Below, piece by piece: positions 58,601-64,000 of a stretch of DNA of 64,000 nt. The first letter of the stretch is position 1, and each line of letters starts with the position of its first letter. The stretch lies in NCBI GenBank assembly GCA_037190965.1, contig JBBCKI010000049.1, positions 1-64,000 of the forward strand, in the 5' to 3' direction. Source of the DNA: Chthoniobacteraceae bacterium. GTDB taxonomy: Bacteria; Verrucomicrobiota; Verrucomicrobiia; Chthoniobacterales; Chthoniobacteraceae. Both the position numbers and the translations under genes were made by a program. The notes below the pieces were generated by a model. The model was not told the origin of the DNA and ran no database searches. It was given only the letters and a program-made list of their open reading frames with translations.

Positions 58601-59245
58601 CGCGCCGCCCAGGTCCATTTTCCCCGGTTTGATTTGCTCTTCCACCAGACGACGCCATTCGGCCTCGGAGCGTTCGTCGATATAGTTCCGTTGGAAAAGG
58701 ATCGTCTCCAGAGTGAAATGAAATCCTCGCTGCGACGGCTTTCCGGATGCGTCGGGCGCAATCTCTCGCGGCCCGGTCAACTCCTTCGCCATGTCGATAA
58801 AGTTGGCGATCGCCTGCTGCTTTTTATAGATATAGCTTTCGTAACCGAGATCCTCGTGGCTGGACTTGATGATGTAGACGATCCACTTCCGCTGCGGTTC
58901 CCAACGCTGTTTGTGCTCCGCGAGGAGGTGGCCCTTATCAGCCTTGATCTCCACGACCAGATCCGCTGGTTTATCGATCTCGGCAATCAGCAGATCCTGC
59001 ACGGAAGAGCCGGGAGGGACCTCCAGCTTGAGGGGTGATCCTTGTGCTTTCCCGTTGAGCTTGACGACCGCAGAGCAGGAAACCGTGCCGGTTCCGGAAT
59101 TCACCAGCGAGAGCCAGCCGACCTGCTTTGACGGCGTTTTACTGGGGAAAAGAACCGTCGGCTCCAGCCCGGTGATCGAAATCTCCGAAGCCCCCGCCAG
59201 TGCAAGGGGTGAAATAAGGAAAGCAATTAAAAGGTTTCTTATCAT
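55646..59245 (-). CDS. Secreted GH38-like (alpha-mannosidase family) glycoside hydrolase with C-terminal FN3 domains
   Basis: Signal peptide, SHEDLGY, P.LFWWQGPNG, LPLLSGE, EHSW, VFNPL, two FN3 repeats. Confidence 0.8.
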   Translation of the reverse strand: MIRNLLIAFLISPLALAGASEISITGLEPTVLFPSKTPSKQVGWLSLVNSGTGTVSCSAVVKLNGKAQGSPLKLEVPPGSSVQDLLIAEIDKPADLVVEIKADKGHLLAEHKQRWEPQRKWIVYIIKSSHEDLGYESYIYKKQQAIANFIDMAKELTGPREIAPDASGKPSQRGFHFTLETILFQRNYIDERSEAEWRRLVEEQIKPGKMDLGGAPSGIHPQWMDYEEMARMTYPGRREAKDRFGLDLKTFILVDNPSVSWSAAQAAADAGFRYILRLGQPWRTGGNNNFKTTKVPALFWWQGPNGKSRVLYAWRSHYGEGFWYGEPDGGGADLSHLAKRHINAEMKKVESGELLGPYPYDAMIVPSYEDHETPKWDNRALRRWQNLYRYPEIRIAGVNDFFEYVERKYSDTLPLLSGELNNFSGDYAAIDPNSQGWKRRASRLLPLAEGAASLANLLDPSFNPPADGIERTYTRLFDFTEHSWPTSPPPIGHHLFNAQWVKHLEGRRALDAAEQLADSSLSALFKQIPTGPTGAVAVFNPLLHSRTGLVEVEGDFRALADKATGETVATQKVGPNKVIFVARDLPAYGYKVYVPQGASSTSVAPEKASVSTTSDTLSNEFYTLRFDRETGTIVSVFDKELKRELVDSAAKHQFNQMIWVESKTRDSKEMSQTPLTAKAKLNSSAGAVKGEMTVEIEDPLTGAAVSQRAILYAGLKRIDIVNDLRHVKALHGDRRERYRKNLYYAFPVAVEGFTPRVEYPGGVVRPYDDQLRWGSHDYLNVNWWVDVSNPQYGITMAPWNATTVNFGEIRYNQFSIDYKPQKPYLYSYAWSNRMSGLIELGPNEWNTTLGYSFTSHPGDWNQGAVTQFGWSVASPAEARLLPPGQKGNLPETAKSFLSADASNVQLATLKPSSQPGRGWVARLVETEGKKGEITVDLSTFSAEKAFLCDLVENDGQPLPVVNGKVKVPVEPFSFTTVRFAGPAKALSAIESLQAKPVSDSVVELNWKAVPGAAAYQVYRSEDPDAPPTAYSAINRTVTPEFIDNDLKIDTRYYYHVAPLSAFNQQGPVSQRKEARTDRKNTTPPRPVEDLGVVRYPSAELKLYWLKSQDPDVARYDVYRSLNPGVEASEENFLATVEPTKFFLQTYGDTGLKAETTYYYRVFAEDWAGNRQSVSPETSATTPAAGNEASVKAADDLNPL

Positions 59246-59338
59246 GGTCTAAGCGATTTCATTGATTCGGCAGCCTCTTTCTCGATCTCGGCTCCGACGA
59301 ATGGTTAACTTCTGATGAGGGGATGAGAAAAAGCGCAT

Positions 59339-61159
59339 TCAGTGGCCCAATTCGGCGATTACCTTTTTGGTTTCCTCAGGGTTATGCTTCATCCGGATAC
59401 GCCACGCCATCTCCTCTGGGGAAACGATGCGAATCGTATCGGGCAGCCGTTCGGCGCACCAAACTGCCGGAAGGTAGCCCCGCACGCCGCCCAGGTCTTC
59501 GAACTTTTCTTTACCGGAAAGACTCCTCTTCGGCGGCAGTTCTTCGGCGAGTTCGTCCATCCCAGGCGCTTCCTTGAAGTAAGACCAGGCGTGAACCATG
59601 GCCCAGTCATTCCGGGGAAGCTCCTCTGACGTGGCCTGGGCGATCGAATCCCGGATGAACCGCGCCGCTTTGGCCGGAGTTCCCGCGTTCTTGCGATTCT
59701 TCAACTGCCACCAGATCTGGTAGCGCAAGGTGATAACCGGGATCTCCCGCCCCCGGGCATCCTTGACCCAGTAAACCTTTCCGGCTCCCGCATTGTAAGG
59801 AGAGTATTCGAAGGCGAGAATCGCTAGCATCCCGTCCATCTGGCTGGCAATGACTTCGTAAGCCTTTTGGGCATCGGGCGAATCGAGATGCCGCACATTG
59901 AAGCCGATCATGTTCGTCCCCGCCTTCTTCATCATTTCCCAGGTATCGCGGGCGTGGCCGGCAAGCAGTTCCCAGCGGTTGGGCCGCTCCGAGGCGAAGA
60001 GATCAGGATAGTAATACCCCCCGTGCCATTCCACGAACCAGTCGTTCGGAGTGCGCGTTTGAAGCGCATACTCAAGCGGCTGCGGCCCGAGTTGGACGAG
60101 ATGCGCCAAAGGCATGCCCCAGCCGAAGGAAATCTTGCCGCACGCCGGGCAATTCCAATAGTAGGGCGTGCCGCGATAAAACGCGTTCATCGCCCAGGTA
60201 ACGTTGTCTCCGTCGGAACAGAAGAAGCTAATCGTGCTGCGGTTATCGTTCCAATCGATCTGCTTCGGGTCGAGATGCGGAACCTTCGGGATCTCCGCCT
60301 CGTGAGTTCCTGCGGAAAGGACCGTCAGGTTTGGAATCAGGCTGGAAGCGGTCTGGAAATGCCCGTAGATGGTGGCAAGGCGGGTCGCCTTGAATTCGTC
60401 GCCTGCGATCCATCCCAGAATCGGCGCCGAAGGCTCCGCCCAAGCCATCGCTGAAGTCGCGGGTTCCTCGGTGCCGTAAAAGGTAAAGGTGTTGTGCGTG
60501 ATGGCGTAGTCGCGGGAACCGACGATTTTCGGGTCAAGCGAAGTCAGCATCCGCCGATTGAACCGGTCCTTGTATTGATCGAAGCACCATTGCTGGCTCT
60601 TGTCGCGGGCGTCGAAAAGCAGCTTCAGCCCCCGTTTCTTTGCTTCTTTTTCGAGCCTTTCTTCGAGAACGATGCCACCGAAAATCCCCGCGAGACTCGT
60701 GGCGATATTGACCGAATTGTCGATCCCTGGCCGCTCCTTCGTTTTGGGCTCCTCCTTCGAGGCGTCCGCTTTGTAAAGGATATAGCCATTGACGATCTTC
60801 TTGTCGGCAAACCTTTCGACAAGCTCCCACGGCCCGAATGTCCCGCGATCCTTGATCTCCGGGTGATTCGCGGAAAACGTCTTGCCCCACGCTTCCACGT
60901 CGGCATTATCCATAGTCACCCAGACCAGCTCATCGCCTTTGCCCTCGTTGACGGACTTTCCCGCAAGACCGGCGACGGACTGAACCATGATGCGGAGCGA
61001 ATTCGAAGAAGACGGCCATTGGCGCATCTCAGCGGTGCGAACCAGTCCCGTCGGCAGACGCTGTATGGGAAACCAGCGATGGCTTCCCTCTCCCGCCAAG
61101 ACGGCGAGTGGAAGAAGGAAAGACAAAGCAAGCGCAAGGCTCCGGGGGGAAAGCGTCAT
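59339..61159 (-). CDS. Secreted GxGYxYP-family putative glycoside hydrolase
   Basis: GYILY, SDGDN, GGYYYP, VHAWS; signal peptide from ATG 61159. Confidence 0.8.
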   Translation of the reverse strand: MTLSPRSLALALSFLLPLAVLAGEGSHRWFPIQRLPTGLVRTAEMRQWPSSSNSLRIMVQSVAGLAGKSVNEGKGDELVWVTMDNADVEAWGKTFSANHPEIKDRGTFGPWELVERFADKKIVNGYILYKADASKEEPKTKERPGIDNSVNIATSLAGIFGGIVLEERLEKEAKKRGLKLLFDARDKSQQWCFDQYKDRFNRRMLTSLDPKIVGSRDYAITHNTFTFYGTEEPATSAMAWAEPSAPILGWIAGDEFKATRLATIYGHFQTASSLIPNLTVLSAGTHEAEIPKVPHLDPKQIDWNDNRSTISFFCSDGDNVTWAMNAFYRGTPYYWNCPACGKISFGWGMPLAHLVQLGPQPLEYALQTRTPNDWFVEWHGGYYYPDLFASERPNRWELLAGHARDTWEMMKKAGTNMIGFNVRHLDSPDAQKAYEVIASQMDGMLAILAFEYSPYNAGAGKVYWVKDARGREIPVITLRYQIWWQLKNRKNAGTPAKAARFIRDSIAQATSEELPRNDWAMVHAWSYFKEAPGMDELAEELPPKRSLSGKEKFEDLGGVRGYLPAVWCAERLPDTIRIVSPEEMAWRIRMKHNPEETKKVIAELGH

Positions 61160-61236
61160 ACGTAGGAATAGATTAGTTGCAGTCGAACGCAACTGTTAGT
61201 ATGTAAATAGCTTGATTTTGGTCTATTCGTGCACCC

Positions 61237-62253
61237 ATGTCCAAGAAGCCATCCCCCCAATCGAAAGCCCCGGCTTTGCAGGAACGCTCCCCTTCGCTTT
61301 TGGCCCAGCTCATCGCCGAGATAGAAAGTATCGGTCCGCTCCGCCTGAATTTTGAAGATCTTACCGGCGTCACCCTCGACGTTCCGGAACTAAATCTACC
61401 TCCCGAAAACCGGTTCCACGTCTGTGATTTCTGCATGCTGGCCAAGCGCCACCGTCAGGGGCACTTCCAGTGCAACCGGAACAAGGACACCGTCAACCGC
61501 CTCGCCCGACGCCGGGGGACAGGTTTCATCGGCCAATGCCACCTCGGCATGACCGACATCGTCGAGCCGTTGCTTTTTCATGGCCGCACACTCGGGGTCT
61601 TTTATTACGGTTCCGTGCTGGTCGAAGGAACCCGCGAAAAGGCCGAGGAGCGAATCCGGCGCTCCTGCAAGCGGACCGGAATGGCTCCCGGGCTCCTCCT
61701 GAGACAGCTCAACAAAGCGCCGGTTATCACGGCGGACGAGCTCGCCCGCTACAGCAAACGTCTTTTGCTGATCCGCGATCTTGCCATCAAAATCATCGAG
61801 GCATGCAGCGTGCCGGTGGAACGGTATTCCACGCTGCTCAACTTCGGCTTCACCTCAAACCGCCGCCTGCTCCCGCCGCTGACGCAGACGGCGATGGGGT
61901 ATGTGCACCGCCGTTATCAGGACCCGCTCGAAGTCCTCACCATCGCCAAGGCGCTCAAGTGCCAGCCCAGCCATTTGAGCCGTGTGTTCAAGAAAAGCGC
62001 GGGGTATTCCCTGTCGGATTATATCAAACGGGTCCGCATCGACCACGCCATGCGCCTGCTCAGTTCCAGCGAATACAGCGTCGGAGAAATCAGCTATATG
62101 GTCGGCTTTCAGGACCAAAGCCATTTCGGCAAAGTCTTCCGTTCGTTCTTGAAAATGACGCCGCTGGATTACCGGCAGCAATACCGCCAGGGGGACATCT
62201 CCGGCAAGGCGGATTCGGAAAGCATCGCCTTCAGCAACTTCCAGTCGCTTTGA
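61237..62253 (+). CDS. PocR sensor domain + AraC HTH transcriptional regulator
   Basis: FC...C...CHLGMTDIVEP PocR motif; HLSRVFKK...VGFQDQSHFGKVF...TPLDYR. Confidence 0.9.
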   Translation: MSKKPSPQSKAPALQERSPSLLAQLIAEIESIGPLRLNFEDLTGVTLDVPELNLPPENRFHVCDFCMLAKRHRQGHFQCNRNKDTVNRLARRRGTGFIGQCHLGMTDIVEPLLFHGRTLGVFYYGSVLVEGTREKAEERIRRSCKRTGMAPGLLLRQLNKAPVITADELARYSKRLLLIRDLAIKIIEACSVPVERYSTLLNFGFTSNRRLLPPLTQTAMGYVHRRYQDPLEVLTIAKALKCQPSHLSRVFKKSAGYSLSDYIKRVRIDHAMRLLSSSEYSVGEISYMVGFQDQSHFGKVFRSFLKMTPLDYRQQYRQGDISGKADSESIAFSNFQSL

Positions 62254-63190
62254 GCGATGTAAAAAGGCACGGCGCGATTGCTGAAAGATCCTGCAGCCGC
62301 TCTCCCAGGCCAGAGGGGACGATCCGCCCATGTGCGCTGTTTAACGGGAGCGCCTCCTTCAGCGTCTCCTCACGAATCGCCTCCAGCCACCAGGGCGGAA
62401 GATAACGCGCGAGCGACCCGATGATGATCACCTCGGGGCTGAAAAGGTCCGCCAGCATCGCGCAGACCCGTCCCGTCCATTGCGCGGATTTCATCAGGAC
62501 ATCCCGCGCGGCGGCGCACCCTTCTTCGGCCCGCGCCACCACCTCCCGGCTCGTCGTCGTGGCATCAAAAATTGCCGGAAACATCTCCTGCGCCAGCAGC
62601 GCCAGGCCGGTGCCCGAGCAGAACGACTCGACGCAGCCCGATTTTCCGTAAAGACGCGGGCCGCTCTCCGCCAGGCGAATATGGCCGATCTCCGTCGTCT
62701 GACCAGATGGGCCGCGCACGATCCTGCCATCCAGAAGAATACCCGCGCCGAACCCGGTGCCCGCAGTGAGATAAACCGCATGCGACGCCTCACGAGCGTT
62801 GCCCCACAGGGCTTCAGCCAGCAGGCAGGCCGCTGCATCGTGCTCCACATTCACCGGCAGCCCGAGCTCCTTCTCCATTATCTCCTTCAATGGAATCCGG
62901 TCCCATCCGGGAAGGTGAGGCGGCGAATAAAGAATCCCCTTACGGGGATCGAGCGGCCCGCCGACGCTGACACCAAGCGCCGACACACCGGAAAATCGCT
63001 CCAGCAACCGCCGGGCATGAACCAGAAAATCTTCAATCATGGCGGAGGGTCCGCGGCTCGCAAGCGAAGGCCATGTCTGCTTTTCCAAAATCTCTCCGGA
63101 AGAGGAGCCGACGACCGCCGAGGATTTAGTTCCCCCTATGTCCCAACCGAGAACGCACGAGTCCGATGGTTTCATCAAATTTTCAATCAC
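62231..63190 (-). CDS. ROK family sugar kinase
   Basis: DIGGTK, EHDAAAC..AE, GTGFGAG, EIGH, GCVES. Start may be ATG 63175. Confidence 0.9.
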   Translation of the reverse strand: MIENLMKPSDSCVLGWDIGGTKSSAVVGSSSGEILEKQTWPSLASRGPSAMIEDFLVHARRLLERFSGVSALGVSVGGPLDPRKGILYSPPHLPGWDRIPLKEIMEKELGLPVNVEHDAAACLLAEALWGNAREASHAVYLTAGTGFGAGILLDGRIVRGPSGQTTEIGHIRLAESGPRLYGKSGCVESFCSGTGLALLAQEMFPAIFDATTTSREVVARAEEGCAAARDVLMKSAQWTGRVCAMLADLFSPEVIIIGSLARYLPPWWLEAIREETLKEALPLNSAHGRIVPSGLGERLQDLSAIAPCLFTSLKATGSC

Positions 63191-63372
63191 TAGTCAGGGC
63201 GGCGTCCGCTTTTGTCAACGCCATACTGGCAAACCCGATTTTCATGGTGACTTCAGCGAAAATCCGGCCTAATGAAACACGGATCAACTCGGAACAGACG
63301 TGCGCCTCAAGTCACCCTGATGATTCCATGAAGAGGGATTGCCCCCCCTTGACAATGAAAGCTTCCAAAAAC

Positions 63373-63990
63373 ATGAATATTCACCTTGAAAACCTGATCC
63401 GCCGGGCGCCGGCCTTGGCCTGTTGCACCGCCGAAATCGAGCAAGTCTTTCTCTCTCTTAGCCAGGCATTCCGGCAGCAGAACAAGCTTCTCCTTTGCGG
63501 CAATGGCGGAAGCGCGGCCGACGCGGAACACTGGGCTGGTGAACTATTGAAAGGTTTTTGCAGCAAACGTCCGCTCGTCGATTCCGAGAAGCAACTCCTC
63601 CCTCCTGAACTGGCTGGAAAACTGCAAGGTGCATTGCCAGTGATTCCATTGACCGGATTTCCCGCCCTGAGCACCGCCTTCGCCAACGACGTCGCGCCGG
63701 AGTTGATCTTCGCCCAGCTTGCCTGGGGCCTGGGAAAACCGGGCGACATTTTTATTGGAATCAGCACTTCCGGCAATGCGGCGAATGTCTGCGCAGCGGC
63801 CCAGGCCGCACGCGCCAGGCAGATGACGACCATCGCGCTCACGGGCCAGAGCGGCGGAAAACTGGCGCCGCTTTGCGACCTCGCCATTCGCGTTCCGGCG
63901 AATGAAACTTACTTGATCCAGGAATATCACCTCCCCATCTATCATTGTCTTTGCCTTATGCTGGAGGACGAGCTCTTTCCTCCGGCGTAA
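63373..63990 (+). CDS. gmhA: SIS-domain phosphosugar isomerase (phosphoheptose isomerase GmhA-like)
   Basis: CGNGGSAADAEH, TAFAND, GISTSGN, LTG, IQEYH...YH. May be a catabolic paralogue. Confidence 0.8.
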   Translation: MNIHLENLIRRAPALACCTAEIEQVFLSLSQAFRQQNKLLLCGNGGSAADAEHWAGELLKGFCSKRPLVDSEKQLLPPELAGKLQGALPVIPLTGFPALSTAFANDVAPELIFAQLAWGLGKPGDIFIGISTSGNAANVCAAAQAARARQMTTIALTGQSGGKLAPLCDLAIRVPANETYLIQEYHLPIYHCLCLMLEDELFPPA

Positions 63991-64000
63991 GCATCCAACC

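Noticed and set aside
61470..62405. 311-aa Arg/Pro-rich ORF overlapping the PocR-AraC gene on the same strand
   Set aside because: Off-frame artefact of GC-rich codon usage with low-information composition.

Overview
Gene-dense bacterial window, almost certainly Verrucomicrobiota (Spartobacteria/Chthoniobacterales-like), inferred from a Verru_Chthon four-pilin cassette, two PEP-CTERM proteins, an H-X9-DG prepilin and a GntR/LacI hybrid regulator. There are four blocks. (1) 0.3-9 kb: a sugar-catabolic operon divergent from an AraC regulator, with L-galactose dehydrogenase-like AKR, RbsD/FucU, cyclase-family hydrolase, L-galactonate dehydrogenase-like, two isomerases, a hydrolase and an RraA-type aldolase. 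(2) 9-26 kb: a glycan locus of regulator, PEP-CTERM protein, triple beta-helix protein, prepilin and glycosidase-like genes. (3) 26-40.4 kb: a stress/stationary-phase-type carbon block (TPP enzyme, enolase-family, FAD/Fe-S oxidase, SDRs, GH15, PPase). (4) 40.5-64 kb: a second glycan locus in which GH38, an FAD oxidoreductase and an MFS transporter are translationally coupled to the pilin cassette, followed by esterases, a PEP-CTERM protein, a desaturase and a tailspike-like beta-helix protein. The most notable signal is two PUL-like loci with no SusC/SusD or TonB-dependent receptor that instead embed type IV pilin-like proteins plus a PEP-CTERM surface protein, suggesting a pilus-tip-based glycan capture system. 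I recognised no rRNA, tRNA, CRISPR, transposase or integrase. All family calls come from motif recognition by eye, not database searches.
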